A stretch of DNA of 64,000 nucleotides from positions 1,920,001 to 1,984,000 of the forward strand of contig CAXXDV010000001.1 of assembly GCA_963674745.2 (NCBI GenBank), given 5' to 3'. The notes beneath the pieces are model-generated. The model saw nothing but the letters and a program-made list of their open reading frames with translations. It had not been told where the DNA came from and searched no databases. Of this stretch, positions 44,441 through 55,469 are shown one piece after another; the stretch's first letter is position 1; every line of letters starts with the position of its first letter. Made by a program: the position numbers and the translations under genes. The stretch is from Desulfosudaceae bacterium (GTDB lineage: Bacteria; Desulfobacterota; Desulfobacteria; Desulfobacterales; Desulfosudaceae).

Positions 44441-45745
44441 ATGAGTATTAAAAAGACAGCAGTGACCACAGGTATCGATGGCTTTGATCGGCTTCTGGGC
44501 GGCGGTGTTTTTATCGGAGATAATGTCGTCTGGTATGATGACGAGGGTATCCTGGCCGCGGTTTTTAATTTGAATTTGATCAAAGCTTCGACGGCAGATA
44601 AAAAATATATCATTTATGTCAGTTTTGACCGCAGCCTTAAAAATCTCTTGGAACGTCTGGGAACGCTGGCTGATTCACCTTATCTGATCATTTTGGATTG
44701 TTTTACCCATGGTCTGGGAGAATCCTCCGAGATTTTTCAGGATTTTTACAAGCAGGGAACAAAGGGCTGGAAGTGCCGGGTTGTTTGCGTCGAAGAACCG
44801 CAGAATATGGATGGTGTGGCCGAGGCGTTTTATGGCATTCACCGGACACTTTCCGGTGATGTGCGGTTTGTTTTTGAAAGCTTGACCGGTATGCAATCCT
44901 TGTGGGGCGGGGAAGACCGGATTTTAAAGTTTTATTCCAGCGCTTGTCCCCGATTGTATGAATTGAATACGATCGCATACTGGGTGGTGGAAAAGCGGGC
45001 ACATTCCGAACGATTGAAGGCGAATTTTAACAAAATTACACAGGTCGCTGTCGATTTGTCGATCAAGCGGGGAAAAACGTTTTTGTCGGTTGAAAAGGCC
45101 GAGCATCGTGATACCGGAATATTGAACAATCCTGTCGCTTATTGGAACAAGGGACTGGCGGTTAATCTGGATGACGGTCGTGCCGGATCGGGGCCGATTG
45201 ACCCGGGCCGGCGGATAAAAGACCTGCGGACCCAGCGTGGTATATCGCAGAATGATTTGGCCCGGCGGGTCGGCGTGACCCCAAGCAATATCTCGCAGAT
45301 TGAAAACAGCCTGATTTTTCCCTCCATCCCCATGCTGATCCGGCTGGCAGAGGTTTTTTCAGTGAGTATCAGCTACTTTTTTGACCAGGGCGGTTCCGAA
45401 AAGCCGGCCGTGGTGTTCCCCCAAGGGGAGTCCGTCGATGTCATATTGCCGGGTGGTGATGCGCGGCATGTCACCGCCCGGCAACTGCTGCCCAGTGGCG
45501 TTGACGCTCCGATTATGCCTTACCTGATTGAGGTGGCTCCGGGAAAGACACTGCCCGGCCATTTCTTTATTCATAAAAAAGAAGAAGCCGGATTTTTGCT
45601 TTCGGGCAAGCTGACCGTAACAATCGGCAATGAAAAGCTGAAAGTCAATGCGGGTGATTTTGTATTGCTGACGTCTGAATACCCTTCACAATGGAAAAAC
45701 AACGGTCGGGAGACGGCCCGTCTGCTGTGGATAATTCAGAAATAA
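44441..45745 (+). CDS. XRE-family HTH + cupin transcriptional regulator with an N-terminal KaiC/RecA-like domain
   Basis: TTGIDGFDRLLGGG N-terminus; RIKDLRTQRGISQNDLARRVGVTPSNISQIEN HTH; HKKEEAGFLLSG..AGD cupin. Confidence 0.88.
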   Translation: MSIKKTAVTTGIDGFDRLLGGGVFIGDNVVWYDDEGILAAVFNLNLIKASTADKKYIIYVSFDRSLKNLLERLGTLADSPYLIILDCFTHGLGESSEIFQDFYKQGTKGWKCRVVCVEEPQNMDGVAEAFYGIHRTLSGDVRFVFESLTGMQSLWGGEDRILKFYSSACPRLYELNTIAYWVVEKRAHSERLKANFNKITQVAVDLSIKRGKTFLSVEKAEHRDTGILNNPVAYWNKGLAVNLDDGRAGSGPIDPGRRIKDLRTQRGISQNDLARRVGVTPSNISQIENSLIFPSIPMLIRLAEVFSVSISYFFDQGGSEKPAVVFPQGESVDVILPGGDARHVTARQLLPSGVDAPIMPYLIEVAPGKTLPGHFFIHKKEEAGFLLSGKLTVTIGNEKLKVNAGDFVLLTSEYPSQWKNNGRETARLLWIIQK

Positions 45746-45774
45746 TCCTGCCGAACACTTCTTTAAAGGTGCCC

Positions 45775-46491
45775 TTAATAAAGGTCTTCTGAAATCAGCA
45801 CGGCTTCGGCTACTTCGCGTAAGGGCTTACGATTATCCATGCTGCGTTTCCGGATCCAGCGGTAGGCCTCGTCAATTTCCATGCCCCGCTTGCGGACCAG
45901 CACTTCCTTGGCCCGTTCTATCAGTTTGCGGGTTTCAAGCTCTTCCCTGATAATTTTGGCGTCCAGGGCCAATTGGGTATTGTGGATGGCGATCGCGGCC
46001 TGATGGGCGACAGCGGTGATCAGGTTGACCTCGGTTTCCGAAAAGTCATGGTGCTCGGCCGTGAAACAGTTCAGTACGCCGATGACTTCATTGTTTTTAA
46101 TCCGCATGGGGATGCCGACCAGGGAGACCAGCCCCAGCTTTTCCGCCATGCTTTTTTCTTTGAAGCGGTTATCCTGCTTAACATCGGAGATAATAACCGG
46201 TGTTTTGTTTGTCGCCACATACCCGACCACGCCTTCGTTCATATCAAGGGTGCGGTCCTTGACGTATTCCGGGTCAATGGCCTGGGTGGCTTTCAAGCGG
46301 ATCTTTTTCCCGCTCTCCTCCTCTTCAATCATCCACAGTGAACAGATCTCGACACCGGTCACCTTGGCTGTGACCATGACGATGAGCTTGAGAATGTCCT
46401 CCAGGTACTTTTCCGAAGCGACAGCCCGGCTGATATCGGCCAGCGCCTTGAAGTATTTATCAATGTCCGGAGGGTTGGTGGTGTGTGGCAT
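45775..46491 (-). CDS. GAF-ANTAR RNA-binding antitermination regulator
   Basis: GAF (EGVVGYVA..PVIISDV..D.RF, IGVLN, EVNLITAVAHQAAIAIHN); ANTAR (LETRKLIERAKEVL..EAYRWIRKRSMDNRKPLREVAEAVL). Confidence 0.93.
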   Translation of the reverse strand: MPHTTNPPDIDKYFKALADISRAVASEKYLEDILKLIVMVTAKVTGVEICSLWMIEEEESGKKIRLKATQAIDPEYVKDRTLDMNEGVVGYVATNKTPVIISDVKQDNRFKEKSMAEKLGLVSLVGIPMRIKNNEVIGVLNCFTAEHHDFSETEVNLITAVAHQAAIAIHNTQLALDAKIIREELETRKLIERAKEVLVRKRGMEIDEAYRWIRKRSMDNRKPLREVAEAVLISEDLY

Positions 46492-46679
46492 AAGTCTTTA
46501 TATCCTCGTTTTTAAGATTACCAAAATTTATTATAATCGACCTGATATGTCAACTGTCGACGCTACCGGCAATTGAATAGCCGCTTGTTTATTTGATGCT
46601 TATAGTGCTATAAAGAACCACGATGGGGGTATGTTTGAACGGATAAAACGGGGGCCCGGATTTCATAAAACGGATCAGG

Positions 46680-47621
46680 ATGATTTCAGCCATAAAACAG
46701 AATCCGGTGGTCGTCCCCGGGGCATTGAAGCCCGGTGACACCATTGGTATTGTCGCGCCGGCCAGTACTTTTGACCCGGAGCGTTTCGAACAGGGTATTG
46801 CGGTGTTGGAATCCCTGGGGTTTAAAACCGCTATACCCGAGGGCCTGTTTGAGAAAGAACGATATCTGGCCGGATCTGACGCCCATCGGGCCGATATGCT
46901 GAACCGGATGTTTGCGGATAAAGCCGTAAAAGCCATTATGTGTGCCAGGGGTGGATTCGGTTCCTTGAGAATACTCTCCCGGCTTGATTTTTCAGCCATC
47001 GGAGAGAACCCTAAAATTTTTGCCGGGTTCAGCGACATTACGGTTCTTTTATCCGTTATTTTTGAAAAAACAGGGCTGGTCACATATCATGCCCCGGTGA
47101 TTACCGCACTGGCGGATGCCGGCAGGAATACAGCGAAGGGCCTGGTTGCAGCCGTTATGTCGTCAAAAGCCCTTACGGTGAAGGCGGAAGCCGGTGTTGC
47201 CCTTGTGCCGGGACAGGCCAGAGGCGTTGTCCGCGGCGGCAACCTGGCTTCCCTGTGCCAGATGATGGGAACACCCTACCAGCCTGATTTTTCGGACAGC
47301 TTGCTGTTGCTGGAAGATATTAATGAAGCCCCCTACCGGATCGACCGCATGCTGTCCCAGATGCGGCTGGCCGGATGCCTGGACGGCGTTGCCGGCGTGA
47401 TGCTGGGACGCTTTGACCGGTGTGGGGAAACGCGAACGATAAACCGGATCGTTGAAAACAGCTTTCCTTCCGGGGTACCCATCCTGGGCGGGTTGCCGGT
47501 GGGACATAATGGTGATAACCTGACCCTGCCCCTGGGGTTGACCGCGACCCTGGACGCAGATAACGGTCTGCTGCAGTATCATATACCGCCGGTCTTGTCC
47601 GGCAACGGAAGCCATTTATGA
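46680..47621 (+). CDS. ldcA: LD-carboxypeptidase (peptidase S66)
   Basis: LKPGDTIGIVAPAS, ARGGFG, GFSDIT (Ser), GGNL, LEDINE (Glu), VGH (His). Confidence 0.92.
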   Translation: MISAIKQNPVVVPGALKPGDTIGIVAPASTFDPERFEQGIAVLESLGFKTAIPEGLFEKERYLAGSDAHRADMLNRMFADKAVKAIMCARGGFGSLRILSRLDFSAIGENPKIFAGFSDITVLLSVIFEKTGLVTYHAPVITALADAGRNTAKGLVAAVMSSKALTVKAEAGVALVPGQARGVVRGGNLASLCQMMGTPYQPDFSDSLLLLEDINEAPYRIDRMLSQMRLAGCLDGVAGVMLGRFDRCGETRTINRIVENSFPSGVPILGGLPVGHNGDNLTLPLGLTATLDADNGLLQYHIPPVLSGNGSHL

Positions 47622-48712
47622 AAGCGGTCCATCGCCTGATGCAGGAGGCCGTTTCCCGGGGCATTTTCCCGGGAGGGGTGCTGCATGTGCGGGTGCGGGG
47701 CCGGGACCTTTTTTGTGAGCCTTACGGTCAGGCGGATGTGTTGGCCGGTCAAGCCATGACCCGGGACACGGTTTTTGACCTGGCATCGCTGACCAAACCC
47801 CTGGCGACGGCGCCGGCTGTGTTGAAACTGGTCCAGGACGGTCTGGTACGCCTTGATGGTCCCATCGGAGACATCCTGCCGGAATTTCAGCACACCGATA
47901 AGTACGATATTACGCCGGCACAACTGCTGTCGCATACGTCCGGTTTGCCCGCCCATCGGGAATACTTTTCACCCCTGGCCGACCTTCCACGAAAGAAACG
48001 ACGCCAGGCCCTATTACGGTTGCTGGCCGGCCAAAGGCTGGAAAACGAACCCGGTAAAAACCAGGTCTACAGTGATCTCGGCTATATGATTCTAAGGTAT
48101 GTGGTCGAGGCCGTATCGCATAAACGACTGGATGCGTTTGTGAGCGATGCCCTGTACACACCGCTGGGTGTTGAAGGGCTTTTTTTTATCGATCTGGAAA
48201 ACGAAACAGGGTCGTTTACTGGCGTTAGACGGATACCGTTTGCCGCCACCGAGGATTGTCAACGCCGCCGGCGGCTGATCAAGGGTATGGTTCATGACGA
48301 CAATGCATACGAAGCCGGCGGGATTGACGGCCAGGCCGGCCTTTTTGGGACAACCACGGCGGTGGCCCGGTTTCTGGATGTCCTGCTGAACATTTATCGT
48401 GGTGAAACAGTTACGGATGTGCTGTCCCGCAAAACCGTCGAATTGATGCTGGTACCCCGTCCGGACACGGCCCGGACTTACGGGTTTGATACACCGGATA
48501 TGGAGGACTCAAGCGCCGGCAGCATGTTTTCGGCCGGATCCGTGGGGCACCTCGGGTTTACCGGCGTTTCCATGTGGCTGGATGTAAGCCGGGATATTAT
48601 GGTTCTTTTGTTCACCAACCGGATTCACCCCGACCGGAATAATGCAAAGATCAAAAAATTTCGGCCGTTGCTTCATGACGCCGTTATGGGCGAACTCGTC
48701 GGAAGAAGCTAA
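47618..48712 (+). CDS. Serine hydrolase, beta-lactamase/AmpC-like family
   Basis: FDLASLTK (SxxK), LLSHTSGLP, YSD, HLGFTG. Confidence 0.9.
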   Translation: MKAVHRLMQEAVSRGIFPGGVLHVRVRGRDLFCEPYGQADVLAGQAMTRDTVFDLASLTKPLATAPAVLKLVQDGLVRLDGPIGDILPEFQHTDKYDITPAQLLSHTSGLPAHREYFSPLADLPRKKRRQALLRLLAGQRLENEPGKNQVYSDLGYMILRYVVEAVSHKRLDAFVSDALYTPLGVEGLFFIDLENETGSFTGVRRIPFAATEDCQRRRRLIKGMVHDDNAYEAGGIDGQAGLFGTTTAVARFLDVLLNIYRGETVTDVLSRKTVELMLVPRPDTARTYGFDTPDMEDSSAGSMFSAGSVGHLGFTGVSMWLDVSRDIMVLLFTNRIHPDRNNAKIKKFRPLLHDAVMGELVGRS

Positions 48713-48904
48713 AAAACCGTTGTAATCAGGCCGTTTTTTTAAAATAATCGATGATTTTTCTTGTATGGCGGCTTTTTTATTGATACAAGTATGACCTGTT
48801 CGGGCTTTTTTTAACAACTTGTTTTTTTGTAATAATTTTTGATCGGGGGTAGTGACCGCTAAAACAAGCCGGCGGATTTTTATGCCCGGTCATATCTGCT
48901 ATAG

Positions 48905-49957
<1,053 letters not shown>

Positions 49958-49963
49958 TAAATT

Positions 49964-50803
49964 ATGTTTTCAAGAAGATTTTTAACTGTCGCTGCTGTAA
50001 TCGCTATATTATTCGTTATGCTGGTCTTCCTTGTATATACCAGCCGGCGAAGCACCTACCCTGTCCGTAGCGGCGCAACCGGTATCCTGATTGTGGCACC
50101 GATTCAGGACCTGTTTGTCAGCTCGGCCCGTTTTGTCAAGCAGGTCTGGTTCAATTATTTTTTTCTGATTTCAACAGCCGAAGAAAACAGGGCGTTGCAA
50201 GCCACGTTGCAACGGCTGACGGCGGAAAACAATCGTTGCAAAGAAATCGAACTGGCCAATCAGCGTCTTCGTGATCTGCTTAATTTTCAAAAAGAGTTTG
50301 ATATTCAAGTTTTCGCGGCGGAAGTTATCGCGCGTGATCCCTCCGGGTGGTTTAAGACGATCATTATTGATAAGGGGTCGACCGATGGCGTGCAGAAACG
50401 GATGCCGGTAGTCATCGCGGCCGGTGTCGTCGGTCAGGTCATTGACGTGTCGCTTTATTATTCCAAAGTGCTGCTGGTGATTGATAAAAACAGTGCGGTC
50501 GACGGATTGTGCCAGCGGACAAGAGCGCGCGGGGTTGTCAAAGGGGCTGATGATAATGATCAGTGTGATTTTATTTACGTGCTTCGAACCAGTGATGTGT
50601 CGGTCGGCGATACGATAATCTCTTCGGGCCTGGACGGAATTTATCCCAAAGGACTGCCGCTGGGACACGTTTCGGGGGTGGTCAAGAAAAATTACGGCAT
50701 GTTCCAAACGGTTGAAGTGGATCCTTTTGTCGATTTTGACAAACTGGAAGAGGTGCTGGTGGTATTGAATCAATCCAGGCATGATTTTACGGAGATTCAA
50801 TGA
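49964..50803 (+). CDS. mreC: Rod shape-determining protein MreC
   Basis: TM + coiled coil (NQRLRDLL), IIDKGSTDGV, SSGLDGIYPKGLPLG; operon position. Confidence 0.96.
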   Translation: MFSRRFLTVAAVIAILFVMLVFLVYTSRRSTYPVRSGATGILIVAPIQDLFVSSARFVKQVWFNYFFLISTAEENRALQATLQRLTAENNRCKEIELANQRLRDLLNFQKEFDIQVFAAEVIARDPSGWFKTIIIDKGSTDGVQKRMPVVIAAGVVGQVIDVSLYYSKVLLVIDKNSAVDGLCQRTRARGVVKGADDNDQCDFIYVLRTSDVSVGDTIISSGLDGIYPKGLPLGHVSGVVKKNYGMFQTVEVDPFVDFDKLEEVLVVLNQSRHDFTEIQ

Positions 50804-51300
50804 TCTATTTTTTTTACCTGCTCACCGGCCTGGCACTGATCCTGTTCCAAACGCTGGTGGCCGGTTTTTTCCTGCCGGCCGGTCTGATATATGACTTATT
50901 GATTCCGCTGGTGATTTACCTGTCGCTTTTTCATAATAACGGAAAGTCACTGCTGATTATCATGTTTTTTGGAATTATCATGGATGATATTACCGGCGGC
51001 GCCATGGGCATTTATATGCTCACCTATTTCTGGATCTTTATAGGTATGCAACTGGCGGTCCATTTTTTTCAGAAAGACAGTCCCGTCTTGATGGTTGCTT
51101 CAGTTCTCCTGGGTGTTTGTCTGGAATACGGCTTTATTTTAACCGTCACCTGTTTGTCCGGAAAGGATTTGTCAATAGCGGCTGACATGGCGGGCAGAAT
51201 GCTGGGCCGTTTGGTAATAGCAGGGATTACCGGCCCTTTACTGCTGAGTACCTTAAAGTTTCTGTTTGAAGATAAAACGGCTGATCGGAATATTACATGA
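50800..51300 (+). CDS. mreD: Rod shape-determining protein MreD
   Basis: Highly hydrophobic 166 aa between mreC and mrdA; FGIIMDDITGG. Confidence 0.85.
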   Translation: MIYFFYLLTGLALILFQTLVAGFFLPAGLIYDLLIPLVIYLSLFHNNGKSLLIIMFFGIIMDDITGGAMGIYMLTYFWIFIGMQLAVHFFQKDSPVLMVASVLLGVCLEYGFILTVTCLSGKDLSIAADMAGRMLGRLVIAGITGPLLLSTLKFLFEDKTADRNIT

Positions 51301-51358
51301 TATTCCCGGGCAGGCAAGCATTCCAGATACATTATATCAACAGACGGGATGAGCCCCT

Positions 51359-53191
51359 TTGAAAAATTTTTACCGGACGGTAGATCTTGACGCATATAGA
51401 AGACGGTTGCTGTTGCTTCTGCTGATGATGACAGTCGTATTCGCCGTTCTGCTGGCCAGGCTGATTTTCCTGCAGGTTATTGAAGGCCCTGATTATCTGC
51501 GATTGTCGGCCAACAACTGTATCCGCCTTCAGGATATCGATCCGTTGCGGGGGCTGATTTTTGACCGCAACGGGAAATGCCTGGTCGAAAATCGGCCGTC
51601 CTTTGACCTGACCATTATTCCCAGCGATGCCGGAAATGTTGATGAAACATTACAGTCGCTGGCGGATGTCGTCGGGTTGCCCTTTGAGGCGCTCAAAAAA
51701 AATTATCATAAATACAGATGGGGCGGGGTTTATCGTCCGGTTTTGCTTTTTGGTGATGTGGATAGAGACGTGGTGGCGTCGGTGATGGCCAATCAGTTCG
51801 ACCTGCCGGGTGTGGAGGTAACCTTAAAGCCCCGCCGGCATTATCGCTATGATCAGTTTGCCGCTCACACCATCGGATATCTTGGTGAAATAAGTAAGAA
51901 CGAACTCAAGTGCGAACAATTCGCCGGATATGATGTCGGGTGCTTTGTCGGTAAATGCGGTATGGAACGGGTGTTTGAGCCTTACCTGAGGGGGCGCAAG
52001 GGCGGTCGCCAGGTGGAGGTAAACGCCAATGGACAGGTCATGAGGGTGTTGCGGACGGTTCCGGCCGAGCCCGGCAACAACATTTATCTGACGATTGATT
52101 TTGACCTGCAGCAGAAAACCGAATCGCTGCTGGAAGGGCTGGCCGGTGCGGCCGTGGCCCTTGACCCTTATACCGGGGACGTACTGGCGCTTGCCAGCAG
52201 CCCTTCTTTCGGCCAGAACAACTTTATAAAAGGGTTGACCAGCCGGCAGTGGCAACAGCTAATGACGGATCCCCACAAACCCCTCGTTAACAAGGCCATT
52301 CAGGCGGAGTACCCACCGGGTTCGATATACAAGATCATCACGGCCATGGCCGGTCTGCAGGATAAACTGATCCGGCCGGATGAAACAATATACTGCCCCG
52401 GTTATTATAAGTACGGTGATCGGACTTCCCGTTGCTGGAAAGAAAGCGGGCATGGCCGATTGTGTATGACAGAAGCCCTGGCGCAATCCTGTGATGTCTA
52501 TTTTTATGATTTGGGTGTTAAAGTCGGGGTGGAGCGTCTGGCCTGGTATGCAAAAGCCTGCGGATTGGGCCATACCACCGGCATTGACCTGATCGCTGAA
52601 GCGGACGGACTGGTGCCGTCGGAAAAATGGAAGCTGCGCCGGCTGGGAGAGCCCTGGTATGGAGGAGAAACGCTTTCCGTCGCCATCGGGCAGGGGTATA
52701 ACCTGGTAACGCCGATCCAGATGGCGGTACTGACCGCCTCGGTCGCCAACGGCGGAATGGTAAAGAAACCGCAGATCCTTCAGAAAATTCAGACCGTCGA
52801 AGGGGACATTGTCAAAGCGGGAAAACCGTTCAATAAAGCGGCCCTGCCGGTTGACCCGGACGTACTGACGATAATCCAGGAGGGCCTTTGGAAGGTGGTC
52901 AATGATAAAAACGGGACCGCTTTTTATCGGGTTTACAGCCCGGCTTATGACATCAGCGGGAAAACCGGCACGGCCCAGGTCGTGGCCAGTCCTGAAGAAA
53001 GGGAAGGGCAGCAAAGGGGCGTGGTCGATGCCATTAAACCCCATGCCTGGTTTGTGGCCTATGCCCCTTCTGATAAACCCCGTATCGCCGTGGCGGTCAT
53101 TATCGAACGCAGCGGGCATGGGTCACACGTGGCCGGGCCGATCGTAAAAGAGATGATTACGGCATATCTTTCAAATAACCCGTCATTATAA
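51359..53191 (+). CDS. mrdA: Penicillin-binding protein 2
   Basis: RGLIFDRNG, YPPGSIYK (SxxK), SCDVYFY, GKTGTAQ, HAWFV. Confidence 0.96.
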   Translation: MKNFYRTVDLDAYRRRLLLLLLMMTVVFAVLLARLIFLQVIEGPDYLRLSANNCIRLQDIDPLRGLIFDRNGKCLVENRPSFDLTIIPSDAGNVDETLQSLADVVGLPFEALKKNYHKYRWGGVYRPVLLFGDVDRDVVASVMANQFDLPGVEVTLKPRRHYRYDQFAAHTIGYLGEISKNELKCEQFAGYDVGCFVGKCGMERVFEPYLRGRKGGRQVEVNANGQVMRVLRTVPAEPGNNIYLTIDFDLQQKTESLLEGLAGAAVALDPYTGDVLALASSPSFGQNNFIKGLTSRQWQQLMTDPHKPLVNKAIQAEYPPGSIYKIITAMAGLQDKLIRPDETIYCPGYYKYGDRTSRCWKESGHGRLCMTEALAQSCDVYFYDLGVKVGVERLAWYAKACGLGHTTGIDLIAEADGLVPSEKWKLRRLGEPWYGGETLSVAIGQGYNLVTPIQMAVLTASVANGGMVKKPQILQKIQTVEGDIVKAGKPFNKAALPVDPDVLTIIQEGLWKVVNDKNGTAFYRVYSPAYDISGKTGTAQVVASPEEREGQQRGVVDAIKPHAWFVAYAPSDKPRIAVAVIIERSGHGSHVAGPIVKEMITAYLSNNPSL

Positions 53192-53233
53192 TCCGGAGAA
53201 ACCGGATATCCTAAGAGCGTTATCGGAGGGAAA

Positions 53234-54343
53234 ATGTTCGAGGCTGAAGAAGGAAAAAGGCAGGTTGACTGGGGAATATTACTGCCTGTTTTTTTGTTGG
53301 GGATGATCGGTATCGTCACCATTTACAGTGCGGCGGCGTCTGAAACACCGGAGCTCCAGCAAAAATTATGCATCAAGCAGGCAATCTGGTTTTCCGGCGG
53401 GCTGATGATCATCATATTTTCATTGTTTTTTAACTACAAACGGCTTTTCTCCTGGGCTGACGGTATTTATGTGGCCAGTCTTCTTTTATTAATCGCAGTC
53501 CTTTTTCTCGGTCGGGAGGCCGGCGGCGCACGCCGGTGGTTGCCGGTAGGTCCGGTGACGGTTCAGCCGTCAGAGCTGGCCAAAATAACGCTGGTGATTA
53601 TTCTGGCGAAATATTATTCACAAAAATCCATCATGGATGGTTTGACATTAAGGTCTTTGATGGTGCCGATGGCACTGACGGCGGTCCCTTTTGTCCTGAT
53701 CGGTTTTCAGCCGGACTTGGGGACAGGCATGTTGCTGGTATTGATTGCCGTCCTGATAACGGGATTTGTCAAGGTGAAGCGGCGGACGGTTCTGGGGTTC
53801 GGGGCGGCGATGCTGGTGATGGGGCCGCTGTTGTGGATGTTTTTTTTAAAACCCTACCAGAAACAGCGGGTGCTCACCCTCCTGAACCCGGATCGGGATC
53901 CACTCGGGGCGGGATATCATATCATTCAGTCTAAAATTGCCATCGGCTCCGGGATGATTTTCGGCAAAGGGCACATGAAAGGGACGCAGAACGCGCTGGC
54001 TTTTCTGCCGGAGCAACATACGGACTTCATCTTTTCCGTGCTGTCGGAAGAATGGGGCCTGGTCGGTGCCGGGGTAATCCTGCTACTTTACTTTTTTATT
54101 ATTGTCTGGGGAATCAGTATCGCATATAAATGTAAAGATCTTTTTGGTATTATTCTGGCTGTCGGTGTTACAGGTGTTATTTTCTGGCAGGTTGCCATAA
54201 ACATCGGAATGGTTATGGGGCTGCTGCCTGTGGTAGGCGTCCCTCTTCCATTGATCAGTTACGGCGGGTCTTCGGTTGTAACATTTATGATGTGCATTGC
54301 CATTTTAATGAATGTCAGCATGAAGCAGACCTGGATAGAGTAA
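53234..54343 (+). CDS. rodA: Rod shape-determining protein RodA
   Basis: GARRW, QPSELAK, QPDLGT, PEQHTDFIF, PLISYGGSS. Confidence 0.97.
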   Translation: MFEAEEGKRQVDWGILLPVFLLGMIGIVTIYSAAASETPELQQKLCIKQAIWFSGGLMIIIFSLFFNYKRLFSWADGIYVASLLLLIAVLFLGREAGGARRWLPVGPVTVQPSELAKITLVIILAKYYSQKSIMDGLTLRSLMVPMALTAVPFVLIGFQPDLGTGMLLVLIAVLITGFVKVKRRTVLGFGAAMLVMGPLLWMFFLKPYQKQRVLTLLNPDRDPLGAGYHIIQSKIAIGSGMIFGKGHMKGTQNALAFLPEQHTDFIFSVLSEEWGLVGAGVILLLYFFIIVWGISIAYKCKDLFGIILAVGVTGVIFWQVAINIGMVMGLLPVVGVPLPLISYGGSSVVTFMMCIAILMNVSMKQTWIE

Positions 54344-54399
54344 ACGATTAATTAAAAAAGGTGTAATTTATGAGAAAAAGCAGCAAAAAGGGGGATGAC

Positions 54400-54837
54400 A
54401 TGGGCAAGCCAAAAGAAAAAAGCACGGACCCGATCAGTACGTTTCTGGGAGTGGAAACTGCCATTGAAGGAGCTGTTTCTTTTACCGGAACCATTCGCCT
54501 GGATGGCAAAGTGACCGGTAAAATTGAAAGCCAGTCCGGAACGGTCATCATCGGCGAAAAGGCGGTAATTGAGGCGGATATTTCCGCAGGGGTAGTCATT
54601 GTCATGGGACGGGTAAAGGGGATGATTGACGCTTCCAGTCGAATTGAAGTATTCCCTCCGGCACAAATCGACGGCGATATCCAGGCCCCGGTAATCTCCA
54701 TGGACGCAGGTGTGAAATTTAACGGCAAGTGCTCCATGAAATCCGTTAACGGATTGATAGATAAGGGGATTGTCGTTTCCGAAGACAGTAAAAAGGACGA
54801 GAAGGGAAAATTGAAAAATTTTCCAAAAAACCTTTGA
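54400..54837 (+). CDS. Bactofilin (polymer-forming cytoskeletal protein)
   Basis: Beta-helix repeats (IEGAVSFTGTIRLDGKVTGKI..GVKFNGKC); RBS precedes ATG 54400 (ORF track starts 54370). Confidence 0.9.
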   Translation: MGKPKEKSTDPISTFLGVETAIEGAVSFTGTIRLDGKVTGKIESQSGTVIIGEKAVIEADISAGVVIVMGRVKGMIDASSRIEVFPPAQIDGDIQAPVISMDAGVKFNGKCSMKSVNGLIDKGIVVSEDSKKDEKGKLKNFPKNL

Positions 54838-54861
54838 CATTAGTTAATGCTGTGGTATAAG
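54834..54861 (+). promoter_or_regulatory. Candidate sigma70 promoter of the atp operon
   Basis: TTGACA (54834-54839), 16-nt spacer, extended -10 TGnTATAAG. Confidence 0.5.
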
Positions 54862-54941
54862 AGCTTTTTGATTTACTTATTGATGCATTTTAACTTTTTT
54901 ATGTTTGAGTTACCCTTGTTGTAGTCGCAGGAGGCTTATTT

Positions 54942-55469
54942 ATGGGAAGTTATCGAAAATGGCTGATGTCCGGAATCGCAGCTGGGTCCGGAGTGGTCCT
55001 GTTTACGGAGGCTGTTCAGGCATCCGGCGGCGGTGCCATCTCTGTTTTCCCTGATAAGACGTGTATCTGGCAGATTGTTAATTTTCTTGTCCTGATCTGG
55101 GCGCTTAATCTGATTCTTTACCGACCGATTCGTAAAATTCTGACCCGACGTCAGGATCATATGGCCGGTCTGGATAAAAATATCGAACAGTTCAAAAGAG
55201 ACACGGAAGACAAAGAAAGCACTTTTGCCGATGGGATTAAAGAAGCCAGGGCCGATGGAATGAAGGCCAAAAATGCGCTTCTTGAAGAAGGTGCCGCCGA
55301 GGAAAAGAAAATTATCGAGCGTATCAGTCAGAAGGCACAGCAGACGATTGCCGACAATAAAGCTAAAGTTGCCGAAGACGTGAAAAAAGCCGCCGCGGAG
55401 CTGCAGCAGGAAGTGGAGGCTTTTGCCGTTGAGATTGGCCGGAAAATATTGGGGAGGGAGCTTTCATGA
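54942..55469 (+). CDS. atpF: ATP synthase F0 subunit b' (first b-type subunit)
   Basis: WQIVNFLVLIWALNLILYRPI..RR + coiled coil; operon position. Confidence 0.88.
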   Translation: MGSYRKWLMSGIAAGSGVVLFTEAVQASGGGAISVFPDKTCIWQIVNFLVLIWALNLILYRPIRKILTRRQDHMAGLDKNIEQFKRDTEDKESTFADGIKEARADGMKAKNALLEEGAAEEKKIIERISQKAQQTIADNKAKVAEDVKKAAAELQQEVEAFAVEIGRKILGRELS

